DNA of 64,000 bases from Schmidtea nova. Lineage: Eukaryota. Positions within the stretch are counted from its first letter, which is position 1. Each line of letters opens with the position of its first letter. The DNA is taken from NCBI GenBank assembly GCA_044892505.1, contig CM097882.1:13888001-13952000 (forward strand), read 5' to 3'. A program made the position numbers and the translations under genes. Under the pieces are notes generated by a model that saw nothing but the letters and a program-made list of their open reading frames with translations, did not search any database and was not told where the DNA came from. Shown here piece by piece: positions 11,871 to 25,250 of the stretch.

Positions 11871-12822
11871 GAAAGTGCAAGAAAACACATGTTATTTCCA
11901 AACGAAAAAGAAAGAGTACTTTCAATAATGGTTAACAGAGTTATCGAAGGAAGTTACGGAGGAAATTACAACTTTGATGTGTTATTATCAAAAGAATACT
12001 TTAAAAAAGTAGCATATAAAGTACTATATAGCATATGGGGATACTTTGCAGTCCTTGGAAACATGTTTTCTACAATCTTAGGTATATATTATACGGTTGC
12101 ATTACTAAAAATGATATGTTCTTCTCTAGTATCACTGAGACAGCTAAAACAAGTATTTGGAAATTCATATAAATTATTAGCATGTTTGTGCCCATTTATA
12201 GCTAAATATCTTATTACGGCGAAACACGACAAGGAAATACGTTTAATAAAAGTCCAAAGGAATGAAGAAAGGCAATTATTGGTAGATGATGAAAACGATG
12301 AGGAAATAATTAAAGCGCATATATCACATGAAGGAAATGTACCACAACAAGGACTATATGAAAACCAAAGAGAACAACTAAAAGAGCTACAAGAAAATAT
12401 AGAAATCAAAATTCCTAGAGAAAACAAGAATTGTCACTGTGAACCTAAAAAGATATATGGTTGTTATAGCTTAGAAGTCGAAACAATGGAACGATTAGAT
12501 GCAGCAAACGAAGCAAGACCAAGACTTAAAATAATTATAAACAATATAATCATAAATGCATTAGTAGATACAGGAGCAGCAACATCCTTAATTAGAGAAG
12601 ATCAACTGACAGATGATCAGAAAAGAAATATTATGAGCACAACGGATAAAGTAGTATCGTTATCAGCACATTGTATTCCACTAAAGGGAGACATAGAACT
12701 AATAGTCGAAACACCAGAACAGGTAATAAACCACATATTTAAAGTGGTGCAAGAATGTAATAGCATATGTATATTGGGAATCGATATACTCAACAAGTTA
12801 GAAAATTGCATTATAGATTTAA
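11871..12822 (+). repeat. 952-bp direct repeat, right copy
   Basis: Matches 2848-3799. Shares 4 bp (GAAA) of microhomology with the end of the insert. Confidence 0.95.
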
Positions 12823-13388
12823 CAGATAATACGATAAAGAGAAAAGCAATTAAACATAAATCCAAGTTCACAGAAGTTGTTGCATTAGAAGCATTTGAAT
12901 TGGAATATGAATGCGATCATATTATTCCCTTAAAAGTTAACATCAAAAGTGAGGACACTTTTATTTTTGAGCCAGAAACGGCAATTATACAAAATCAGAA
13001 TATAATGCTAACCAATGAATGCGTAATTCCGAGAAAGGGAATAATACCATTGAGAATAGCAAATTATGAAAAAAGTAATGTTAAAATACACAAAGGTACG
13101 AAATTGGGAAAATTATTCAAAGGTGAATTAGAAAAAACGTACGAAGTTAGTGAGATAAGTGTGATGAATGATAACGGCAAGAAAGTAGTCGAACCTAGTA
13201 AGATAAATAATATAAAATCATATGACAAAGTAAAAATTAATAATGAATACTTAACAATAACACAACAAGCACAACTACAAACATTGATAGATAAATATAG
13301 TGATGTTTTTGCAAAACACGAATTTGATCTAGGAGATACCGATATAATCAAACATGTAATAGATACAGGTAATGCGAGACCAATATAA
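11889..13388 (+). pseudogene. Element A: duplicated glycoprotein tail + retropepsin protease + post-protease linker
   Basis: DTGA. Ends at an in-frame TAA that is followed by QRPYSVPY...WASPIVPVKKKDG. Confidence 0.9.
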
Positions 13389-16300
13389 CAAAGACCATAC
13401 AGCGTACCATACAAGTTAAGAGAGGAAATAAAACGACAAATCAAAGACCTAAACGATGCAGGTGTAATAAAACAGAGTTTTTCACAGTGGGCATCACCCA
13501 TTGTACCCGTTAAAAAGAAAGACGGAGAAATAAGAATGTGCATTGACTATCGTAAATTAAATGATGTAACAGTAAAAGATTCATACCCATTCCCAAAAGC
13601 ACAAGAGCAATACGATAAACTTAGGGATGCTAAGTATTTTTCAGTTATTGACGCAAATAAGGGATATATGCAAATTCAAATGGAGGAAGGGGATGCGGAA
13701 AAAACAGCATTTGTTATCGAGGATGGTTTATATGAGTACACACGATTACCTTTCGGGTTAACTAACGCACCAGCTACATTTCAGCGACTAATGAACACAA
13801 TATTAGTAAATGTACAACATTGCGCAGTTTATATGGATGATATACTAATATCATCAAAAACATTTGAGGAACACTTAAAAGATATAACAAATGTACTCGA
13901 GAGACTAAGAAAAGCAAAAATTAAAATTAAACCAACTAAGTGTAAATGGGCAGAACCTTCGGCGTTATTTCTAGGGCATATAGTTACAGTAGAAGGGATA
14001 AAACCAAATCCAGAAAAAATAGAAGTTGTAAAGAAATTCCCAATACCAAAAACAGTACAACAAGTACAAGGGTTTTTAGGTCTAACAGGGTACTATCGTA
14101 AATTCATACAAGATTATGCAAAGATAGCATCACCGATAATAGAACTAACAAAGGGAATTAGAACAAAAGGAGAATGCAAAGATGTGTTAATAGTACAAGA
14201 AATTAACAACAAAGTTAACAAGATACAAAAGAAGTGGACAAAGGAACACCAAGAAGCATTCAATAAACTAAAAGAAAGATTGATAACAGCACCAGTGTTA
14301 AGATACCCAGATTTCGAAAAACAGTTTATAGTAATGACGGATGCCAGCGGGAAAGCCGTAGGAGCAGTCTTGGGCCAAGAAGAAGAGAAAGGGAAAGATT
14401 ACGTAATAGCATATGCCAGTAAAACATTAAAAGGAGCACAGCTGAGGTATTCAACAATAGAAAAAGAATGTTACGTAATAGTATTCGCCCTAAAACAATT
14501 CAAACCATACATATATGGGACTGAAGTGATAATAAGAACTGACCATAAACCATTAGAAGGTTTATGGAAACATAAAGATACATCAAGTAGATTACTTAAA
14601 TGGGCAATGAAAATACAAGACATGCACCTAAAGATTATATATAAACCAGGTAGAATAAATAAAAACGCAGATGCACTATCAAGAATACCAGAATTAGGAG
14701 CACTTGAAATATTTGCACTGGTAGCAGAAAAGCCAATCGATATATATGAGGAACAGATGAAAGACCCAGAGAACAGTAAAATAAGGAATGAAATCAGAAA
14801 AGAAAACAATTCAAAGTATAAAATATCAAAGAAATTAGTAGTAATAGAAGATTTCAATGGTAAGCAACTAATAGTAGTACCTCAGAAATTAAGACAAATA
14901 CTCCTACTACAATATCACGATGGAGCATTAGGAGGTCACTTATCATCTAGAAAGACAGCAAGTAATTTATTACAAAAATATTACTGGGAAGAATTAAAGA
15001 AAGATGTTAAGAGATGGTGTAACGCGTGTACAATATGTGCAACAAGAAAAAATACAGGTACAAAAACAAAAGCACCATTACATCCCATTCCAGCAACGAC
15101 ATCACCAATGGAACTATGTGCAATGGATTTTCTATGTAAATTACCTACTACAATTAATGGGAATAAACTAGTATATAGTAATTATTTTACTAAATGGGCA
15201 GAAGCATTTCCAACAAAAGACGAAACAGCAGAAACAGTTGCTAAATTGCTTATAGAAAAAATTATTTTCAAGATAGGCACACCCAAAAGATTATTAACAG
15301 ATAAAGGAACAAATTTTACTAGCGAATTAATAAAAAGAGTAGCTAATATTTTTAATATGCAAAAGATTAACACAACAGCGTATCACCCTCAAACTGATGG
15401 ACTAGTAAAAAGGTTTAATGGTACATTACTAAGCGGACTAGCTGTTTTTGTAGGAAAACATCAAAATGATTGGGACGAATACATAAGTCAATGCACATAC
15501 ATTCATAATATCACTCCAAACGAAACAACAGGGTATTCACCGTATTATTTAATGTTTTTAAGAGAACCAGCAACACCAATAGATACAATATTTGAACCTC
15601 GAGTATCACAATATTTAGATGCACCAGATTATGTCACACTAATGCAGGAAAAACTGCAAGAAGTGTATAAAGTAGCCAATCTAAAAGTCAAATATAGACA
15701 AGAACAGTACAAAGCCGACTACGACAAAAATAGTAAACCACACAACTTTAAAGTAGGTTATAAGGTTAGACTTATGTCACCACAAGTAGGAAAGGGAAAG
15801 ACAACAAAACTAGCAAGACCATATAAAGGTCCATATGAGGTAGTAAAAGTAATAAATGAGAATTTACACTTACAAAAACATAAAAACGAGGATCCAATAG
15901 TAGTACATGTCAACAGATGCAAGTTGGCGGAAGCCGAGGTCACGATAGATAAACCTCACAAGTATAATCTAAGATCTCATAACAAACTAATAATATCAGC
16001 TATCTTCTTAACAATCATAACATTCGTTGGCTCAACCAAAACAATAGAATTTGACAAAATATTAATAAAAATAGCAACAAACGAAGTTAGAGTATTTATC
16101 ATAAATAGAGGAGTAATTGATATATACATGCAAACAACGAATGGGAAAAATCCAAAGATGATAAAAGGAAAAGACGACAGAACAACCAACGAAATCGAAA
16201 GAGGAAGCTATATTAATTTCACAAAACTAACACCTAATACAATATACAGAATCTGCATACAGAGAAACACAGATACAACAACATGGAGATGCAAAAAAAT

Positions 16301-16769
16301 AAAAACAGAACAATTACCCAAGAATATAACAAAAAATCATAACATAACAAAAACACTCGATAGAATAAAAAGCACAACAACGACATCAGATAATATACTA
16401 AATACCACACCACATACAAACGAAATACCAACAAGCACTGAAATAGCCAAATTCCAAAAACAATACAATGCCAAAAAACAAAAACAAGAACCTATCAAAA
16501 TAAGGCAAGGAAGACCAATAGTGATACATAACTTAGAGGAACTACAAGCATTTCGTAAAGAGGATAAAAAGCCACATTGGCCTTATTATATCATCACAAC
16601 ATCAATAATAGCATTAACAATTTTAGCTTTAATAACTAGCGTACAAATTTATAAAAAGTACAAATGGAAAAGGCAGCGGTATCGGAGCCGACAGGTCAGA
16701 AATGTACCAGGGCATTTCCATTTGGGCAAATATATACCAGGTGAATATACAAAATCCACATTGGTGTAA
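13389..16769 (+). pseudogene. Element A: RT-RNase H-integrase fused to signal + FN3-like + Thr-rich stalk + TM; third integrase catalytic residue is K
   Basis: CIDYRKLN, LPFGL, YMDD, TDASG, H..ALGGH..C..C, TDKGTNF, GLVKRFN (E>K at 15408), GPY; then LIISAIFLTIITFVGS, LTPNTIYRICI, TM YYIITTSIIALTILALITSV. Confidence 0.92.
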
Positions 16770-16928
16770 TACGTTTTGGTCAATAATAATAATTAAAATC
16801 ATATATATTCGTATTTATATAGCGTATAAGGTTAAACCGACAATACGCCTTAAACAAAAAACTTTATCCTTTATTTTTAGAAAAGAATACACGAGCAAAA
16901 CAAAGCAAGTTCCAACAAACTCCGAAAA

Positions 16929-17186
16929 CCCAATCAATCTCGTGAATTCTACACACCAATCAAATCATTGCGACAACCATTCAAAAATCTCAATAAATAC
17001 AATCATCTCTTTTTTAAACTGTCACAACAAACAATCAAAAAACCCTACTAATTATCTCTATACAAAATACCCAATCAATCTCGTCGATTCTATAAACCAA
17101 TCGAATCGTTACGACAATTACCCATATATCTCAATATATTCAACTATATCTCTGTTAAACTGTCAAAACCCTATTAATCATCTCTC
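16929..17186 (+). repeat. ~141-bp diverged tandem duplication in the 3' region of element A
   Basis: CCCAATCAATCTCGT at 16929 and 17070, with similar following sequence. Confidence 0.75.
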
Positions 17187-17308
17187 AAATCAATATATCA
17201 AGAAATCAATTCGATACCAATCAAAAACAAAGATGAATCAAAATCAACCTCATTTCAATCAATCAAGAACCTACCAGAAATACACTTGTTTTATGAAACA
17301 AACTCAAC

Positions 17309-19297
17309 ATGAGTTTTTATAAAAATCTACTGAACAATATATGTACTGATGGAACCCCAATTACAATTCGCAGTTTCCCAAATCAAATATGTATCCCAAA
17401 CGACATGAAAGTCGAAATAGAAGAACGGGAAATGCATCTGATAAAATTCAATGAGGCCCGAAGAGTGAAACTCAAAGAGCTTATTGGAACCTTCGACAAA
17501 TACCAAAACGTCGACAAAGAAGTTGCCGAAAACAAAAGAATCCCTCACAGATTAATATTCCACATGACAAAAACAGAAGTTGCAATATGTCAAAATAAAA
17601 TCCCGTTAATTGTCACAAGCAACTGTTCAGCAGTTATCAAGTTAATAAGAAAAGACAGAAGCATGTCAAACGATCTCAATGAGCTGACAGTGCAGATGAA
17701 TAACCTACCATGTGTGATAGCAATCGAAGTGCTATATATCCCGACAATCCAAAATCCGTTCATAAAATTAAACCCAATACATTCAATCCTACAAATAAAT
17801 GAAGATATGATCAACCAGAAGATATCATTCACGAATCAAGAATTAACGACTGAAGAAAGGCATTCATTAACTGTAATTGTGGATATAAAAGTAGTTTAAG
17901 ATATAAACAAAAATCTCAGACCAGTGGAAATTTGTATCAGAAGCAAAAAAGGAGCAATTCTGTATAACAAGTTCATCACCCCAAGAACGAAAGTTGAAAA
18001 ATTCTACACGGAAAAAACTAAAGCTACAAAAGAAAACATAATTGGAAATGAAGACGAATATAAAGCCTTAAATGAAATTCGAAACATTCTCTATGGAAAG
18101 ATCATAGTTGGATTCAACATCATAGATAAGTTAAAACTATTGACAATAGATCTGGACAACATTATGGGCATAAGAGAAATGGCACAGGATCGATTCATGT
18201 GTTCTTTTGTAAAAAACGTGGCACCACCAAAAATAAAAATATCAAATTTGGCTTACCAGGTAATCAATTACCATAAAAGTTGGCATAAAGATAAAAAGTT
18301 AAATGATATATTGAGACAACCAGAACCATTCTCAACAAAGATCACCACAATGCTATTAAAAGTTATCTACGATATCACAGAAAATAAATGGGAAGAAGTT
18401 GTCAAATGGGATTCCGCAACACTTCTTAAAAGGAAACAAGCAAATGGAGAAGAACAACTAGAAACAATATTCGAAAACGAAACAGAGAGCGAAGCAGAAA
18501 GTGAGATAGAAAGTGAATATGAAGATGGAGAAGGCATGGAGCCGTCCCTTGGGGAATCAATAAAAACCAATCATAATAAACCAAAAAAGTCATTCATGGA
18601 AGAGCTCATGGACAGTGACGACGATGAACTCATGATCATAAAAGAAGAAATACCACTTATCGCTCCAACTAGAGGAATCAAAGCAGAACCCAAAATTCAA
18701 AATATTCTATATGAAAGAATGGACGAATGTGATATAGATGATGAATATTTCTCAGCAGATGAGAACATAGAAGAACCTTCAACCAGCAGTAACGACATCA
18801 AAATGGAAGAAGATAATGAAGAACCATCAACAAGTAATAAATACAACATAATGGAAGAGGATATCGGACAAGAACCAAACGTTGAAATGTTAGCCGACTG
18901 GACAGAACCAGAAGAATCAGATTTCATAATAGACAAAGACAAGAAATACGTCTCAGAAAAAGATCTCTGCACTCATTTTGGAAGACAAATTGAGCACGAG
19001 GAGACAATAAACCTTGCGATAAAAAATAGATTTCGAAAAACAACAATTCAAATAAAAGAGAAAAGAATTGATTTAATATTGTGTGACAAGGGTAATGAGG
19101 ACATTACTTTGACGGCCCGGGGAGGAATGTTGGATGATGAAGGTAAGCCCATCAATACATTCCTCTTATCCGAAAACTATAGTGTGGGAGGCGGCAGGTA
19201 CAGAATAAATATTTATGCAGAGCCCGTTCAAGAAGAAGCAAATATCAATCAATCTCAATACGGTAGATCAAGACAACAATATCCATTGGGCATTTAA
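17309..19297 (+). pseudogene. Accessory ORF of element A with a degenerate REXO4/ISG20-like DEDDh exonuclease domain and an acidic region; one in-frame stop at 17897
   Basis: The two ORFs share a frame. VIVDIKVV*...ILYNKFITP...ILYGKIIVGFNI..KL..L...IRE follows the ISG20/REXO4 pattern with acidic catalytic residues altered. Confidence 0.65.
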
Positions 19298-21284
19298 TTC
19301 TTGACATTATCATCTTTGGTGAATATTGATTAACAATCTATGACTTTTCAACTGATTCAACACCAGTCAGAACCCCACAAAGATCAATGACACAATAATA
19401 CAGTTCCCATCCTCAAACATCTCAAAGATCAATCAAATCAATGTGATTTTAACAAACTGTGAGCCTATCTTATTTGTGATCATAACAATCAAAGACAACG
19501 AATCCCCAAACAACTATATATATGAAATTACAAATTTATGATTTGATTCACTATATATTTATTGTTTTATCCACTGTATTTTTACCTTGCTATTATTTTA
19601 TTCTGTATATTATTATTTTATTTTTAATTTTACATATTGGTTTGTATAAATATGGCAATATGGAAAGAATTTATATTATTATTTTATTTTTAAATTTTGT
19701 ATGACAATATGGAAAATATTAAAGGGCAAATTAGGACATTTCAAATAGGGAAATATTATTCATTCACATTTCAAATGTAATTATCATCGGAAATTTAAAA
19801 GATAAAAATGATATTTAAATATAATTATTTACAATTAGAGTAGAAAATTTTAGTATATAAACTGATGTAGATATCAGTACAATGCCCACAATTTTTTGAA
19901 ATTCAATTTCAATCAAAATTTTGCGACATAAACTTTCTCAAAGGGTAATCCTGCGAGAACTCAAAATTCACGGACAGCACAAAAACGTCCAACACGAAAT
20001 TTTTATAACTAAAATAAACATAATACATTCACGTAAATAACAAGCACACAGTAGGACACGCAAAAAATATCTTTTAAATAAACTTTGTAAAACAGTTGTA
20101 CAGATTTGAAAGTGTGATTTATAACTTTTGATTTTTGATTTCGGTAAATTTTGTTATTGAATAAATTTTTCAAAAAACTTGATCTTATTTTTATATACTA
20201 TAGTCTACACCAGTGCACGTTGAGATCTAAAAATCTTGGACCTCAACATTATAATATTTTGAGTAGTGCTTTGATTTAACGTTTATCATTGAAGTGTTTC
20301 AAAAATTATAATAAAAATTATACTAAAAAAAGTAAATTAATAATATTTAAAAAAAATAAATAACTAATTAAAAAAATAATTAATTAATAAATAAAAATAA
20401 AATAAATAAATAAAAATTTAATTATTTAATAAATAAATAAAAAAATTCCAAACATTTAAACAAAACACACTTTAAAAATGGCGCCAAAAAACGCGCGATA
20501 ACTCATACGGATCCAGATAGCTCATGTCCTTCTACTAATAACAAAAAACAAATGGGAACATCACATGGGGATTTAAACTAAAAATCAAAATAATGTCAAC
20601 ACCCAAATTATCATAATCGATAAAAAAATAATTCCGATCAAGTACACTACACAGAGCTTCACGGGAACCGTTGATGACATAGCTACTGTTCCATAATCCT
20701 AAACGAAATTATCGGGATGGAGACATTAAAATAACAAAATAAATTTATTTTACTGCTGAACTTGATACCACTGAGTTTTACAGAATAAATACTACATATG
20801 TCATAGATGATTTCAGATGGAAAAATGACGCTGATAAAAAGATTATTTTTAAATTCGTGCAGCTGATGACAATGATTTATTTTATGAAAATTGCAGCTCA
20901 TTATATAGTTGCTGCTGCTTCAGATTAACCAATTAGGTTTGAGTCACACACGAATATGTAAGTGTATTTTATTTTATATAACCAGTAATTATTTGATTTT
21001 AACTGATAGGGTTTTTCTCTTTTAACCAAAAATTTTATTAAATCTTTTAAAATTTATGATTTATTTTTATTTTAATCAATATTTTCCATATAATTGGACT
21101 AAAAGGGGTTTTCTAATTATTTGTCTTCATTTTCGTTAAAATTCCTTATTTTTAATTTCTGTTTCGCTAGTTTATTACTATTTTTGTCTTTATTTTATTT
21201 TATTAATTCGTTTTCTTTTATTATTTTATTCTGATTCCCCCCTTTTTTATATTTTACTTCTTTTGCTCGGATGTAGTGCCTCGG

Positions 21285-21322
<38 letters not shown>

Positions 21323-21652
21323 ATTTTTGAATATCATATAATATATAATTAAATTAAAATATCGATTTATTTATAGAGTTGTTTTAATAATCGCTATAAA
21401 AAGAAAATGCACGTTCAAGTAGATAAAAAGAAAATGCACGTTCAATTAGGAAAAAAGAAAAAATGCACCAGCAATTGAATAAAGAAAAGATGGAGCTCAG
21501 CAAACAAACTATTTCAACGCAGCACCCAGCACCAGAAAACTATTTCATGTTTAATAAAATTTTGTTTTTTGTTACAGTATATTTTCTAGTCACGATAATT
21601 GGTGTCAGAAGACCTGAACATTCCCATTTTTTAAACAAGTTATCACAGTACA

Positions 21653-21865
21653 ATGACGAGTGGAAATCCAAACTTCAACATCCAAAACACTGCAGAAAAC
21701 TCAGGAAAGCTAAAAGTAGAAGATGCCTTGATATATATCGATCGAGGTAAAGGAAGATTTGATGAGGAAATCTATAAAAAATTTCTCGAAGTTATGAAAG
21801 ATTTCAAAGTTCAAAAAATAAACACAGTTGCGGTGACACATCCCAATCATAATCAGAACCAATAA
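21653..21865 (+). pseudogene. SIN3: Sin3 co-repressor PAH1 fragment
   Basis: KLKVEDALIYIDRGKGRFDEEIYKKFLEVMKDFKVQKINT resembles Sin3 PAH1 (LKVEDALSYLDQVK...YNDFLDIMKEFKSQSIDT) and diverges afterwards. Confidence 0.8.
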
Positions 21866-22959
21866 TACACAATTAGTCGACAACTTACCGTAGCAATGTC
21901 GATATTCTCTGTCGCTACTCCGTGCTCATTTCTATCAGCCTCTTCGACAACTGCCGAAGTTATGCACTCATTCCAACAATAACATCAAATATCTCAAACG
22001 AATTACAATAGGTTCACCAATCCAGATAATATGGCAATAAATATCATTTATATTTTTAACATAGTATATTGTGTTTTTAAAAATATTTGTAGATTTCTTT
22101 TAGAATTTAAATATTTTATCAAAAAATTCATATTCAAATAGTAGAATGCAAAAAGATGATGAAAATATCAAAATGTTGAGTTTTCTAATTTTCTAATTTT
22201 TTTCTGAATAATAAAATATATAAAATGAAATAAATTGTAGCTTGTTTTAAAAATTGCGATTTTGTATCAAAAATAAAGTATTAACACTAATATGTTTGTA
22301 AAAATTAGGCCTTGGTTGTGACGTATTTAGTGACAAAACAAAGGTCTAAAAATGAATAAAGAACAATGATTGAATATTATGTTTTCTGTAATTAATGACA
22401 ATAATTTCACAGAAAAGTTTGAAATGTTGCGAAACGCATATGATGATAATTGTTTATCAACAAACACTAGGTTTCCAGTGGTGTGAGCCATTTAAGGAAG
22501 ATCATGGAAATAAAAATGAAGATGGACGTTCAGAGAGTCTAAAATATGTAACTACTAAAAAAACTTTTAAAAAGTACATGAATTTATTATATTGAAGTTT
22601 AAAACATTTCATTTACTTGATAAAGGCTATACCGAAATATCATTTATCGAAGAACTAGAAAAATCTTTGATTTATAGCCTTACAAAATAGAAAAAAAAGT
22701 GAAACCAAAAGATAATTATGGTAGTTTAATTTTCCGTATTTATCGTATTCAGCCAGAATATGATGAACTAGTTATTTAACGACTTGCGTGATGCAACACC
22801 AGCTCATCCTACATTGTGTGTCCCATAGAATATATAAATTTGACAACCATTTCAATATTTCAACACAGAGAGACCCCTTTAATGACAGTTAATGGTTATC
22901 GAGATCAACTAAAAAAGAATATTATTTATAAAAATGTTGGTTGTTTGTCTTAAATGCTA

Positions 22960-25250
22960 AACTCGGGTGGACTTAGATGGAATGATTAGGGTCACCCTGC
23001 CAACATAAAAATATTACCTCCAAGCCAATACCCATGAATTGCCCCTAATTGCGCCTCCTGTTGGTAATGTATTGAGCGGTGTAGATCAATAGGGCAGGTG
23101 AGCAGCTTAGGGAGTTACAATTCCCCTATCGATACTACGGGTTCATCTTTGACCGATAGAAGGTCTAAATTTCCGTCAAATGTCCCGTCTACGATCTCTT
23201 AGATTTGTTCAAACATGCCCCACATTCATATCCATAGTAACCGTAACAGACAATAAAGAATAACAGCTTCTAAAATCTAACTAAAACGTTTATTTAATTC
23301 ATAAACACATTTGTATTAATGACGTTTATCAGTTGTTTTTCCGTCAGGCTGCTGAGTAAGTCCACTTCAATTCCCATTTATTCCGCAAACGCCGTTCTCT
23401 CACGCCGTCTTTTGGCACCTAATCAGTTCATTTTTTTAGCTTTGATCGGTACGAATTTTGCCTCTGTTGGGGAAGATTCCTGCGTTTTCTCTACAGTCGA
23501 TGTCGATGATAGATTCTCCTTCTGGGCTTCTATTGTCATGTTTTGGGAAGGAACCCATCGTTTGAACGTGATGGCGCTGATTTGATTTTTCAGGCGTCTA
23601 GCAATAAAGTCCTCCAAGACCGTTCTCAGACATCGATTCAACTCCACCTTGGTAGCTGATAGTTCTGTAAATTGCTCCCCGGTGCGTTTTCCTAGGGCTG
23701 TCAAGAATCATATATCCGAATCGGTGTAGCTCTGGGATGTCGATCGGCTAGGGATGGAGTAGCCACCGCGGCTTGCCTTCTTGAGACTTTTCGACTTCTG
23801 CCAATGTAAGATGCTTTCCAATCGTTCTCTGACTTCTGGACAGTCCCTTAGCTAAGTTGGCCGAACTCTCTTTTCCAATTTCGTGCATGTCTACTTATGA
23901 CCGCCTGTACGTACGAGGGTACGTCTAGGGTAGCTGGTACTGGTGAGTGGTTGGTTTTATTTCTCCGACCCCGATCATTTCCTAGATTTGATTTTCTTTG
24001 GTGACCTTTATTTTCGGAAAACTTCATTCCCGCTGGAAATTGATGAAATAAATGTATATAAATACGTTATAGTATTACACCAATCAAGCTTGAGGGCCTC
24101 TGCTCACAAACATATTAGCCTCATTACTCCTTTACTCATTCACCGCCCCTAGTATTATTATTCCATGCATTTACATTTCATTCAGTCAACTCCCTTTATT
24201 TGCATAGTTTACACTACGTATGCCTTTTCTCATGGTTCGATTTGTGTATACGTACTGCGATAGGGCTTTAGATCAAAGTTTAAATTCCGAATATATCTCT
24301 ATCCGCGATCAGCAATATTTTGCTGCGAACTACTCAAGTCTATTGGGACACTTGTTAGATGAATCTATTATCAACTTTCGCTCGAATGGGTGTCATAGTC
24401 ATAGCGAATCAACCTATTTCAGTCTAAATCTTATCGGTTCTGGGTGGTTATGTCGTTCTTAGTGTGATTTTAAAACAATTAGATTTCGATTTACTGGTTA
24501 CTTCCACAAGGTCTTGCGATCGGAATGGTCGGTATATGCATGTGTTTGCCCTCCAATGTGATGGCTCAATGGAATGTGACGTGTGTTTCACTCTTGTGTA
24601 GTTTCTATACTTGTGGATAATATTGTGATCTGCGATGTATAGTATGGTTAAATGTGCTTACTACTACCAACTTGTGGAATGAATCCACTCCAGTGTTTTC
24701 TGATATTAGATTACTACCGTCTCTGAGATAATGAGCTATTATCATGTAATTGTAGTGATGAGTCTTAATCTACTGGGTCTTGATCTACTATACATGGGGA
24801 TACAGCATTACACTGAGTGCAGAACTTGAAAAATTATGGTAAACATCGTCCTGAACCAATGTTCAGGCATCGCCCCCTCTCCCGTATTAGACGTCGGTAC
24901 ACCGCACCGCCAAGCATTCCGGAGAGCGCTAGTTCAGGAGGCCAATTATCAACCGTCGGGTCGCGAGACCGTAGGGACGTGCTCCTAATGATATTATACA
25001 AAATGCATATGAGGGTATAACCAAATCAAATACTAAAACAATTACCCATATCTTTATTATTCCAATGGTTCCAAAGGTTTCGCAATTATACAATGAGTTG
25101 TGTAAAATGACAATAAGTATCAAGGTATAAGTGACAATAAATGATATTACAATTTTGAATTTGGCTGTCCTATTTATTCCATTTCTCCGGATTGCGCCAA
25201 CCAATCAGATTTCATCTTCCATCGCTTAATTAGCATATTTTTATTTTTAA
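22960..25250 (-). other. Decayed GC-elevated cassette of at least 3 co-oriented ORF remnants, origin unknown
   Basis: GC is visibly higher than the flanks. Long minus-strand frames have sparse stops, e.g. ATG 24027 to 23423 with one shift and one stop. Confidence 0.45.

Larger units (their letters stand above)
4841..11874 (-). mobile_element. NeSL/R5-clade non-LTR retrotransposon (Ulp1-like protease + RT + restriction-like endonuclease)
   Basis: Motifs: THWII...QNNNYDCG (C48); WRPIAL, LDIKDAFGSVPH, GVKQGCPIS, YADD (non-LTR RT); CRRC...HVLQSC, RHD, VDL..LVDLK (RLE). Confidence 0.92.
1..19297 (+). mobile_element. Giant Ty3/Gypsy LTR retroelement A (5' end outside window; 3' LTR not identified), interrupted by a nested insertion
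   Basis: Domain order PR (DTGA), RT (YMDD), RNase H (TDASG), IN (HHCC, core, GPY) is diagnostic of Ty3/Gypsy. Extra domains lie upstream and downstream. Confidence 0.93.

Noticed and set aside
16702-17322. 206-aa ORF as a real gene
   Set aside because: N/Q/S-rich translation of a tandem-duplicated non-coding stretch, overlapping the neighbouring ORFs.
19300-21450. 3' LTR of element A
   Set aside because: No PPT/TG boundary recognisable, and the 5' LTR is outside the window, so it cannot be supported.
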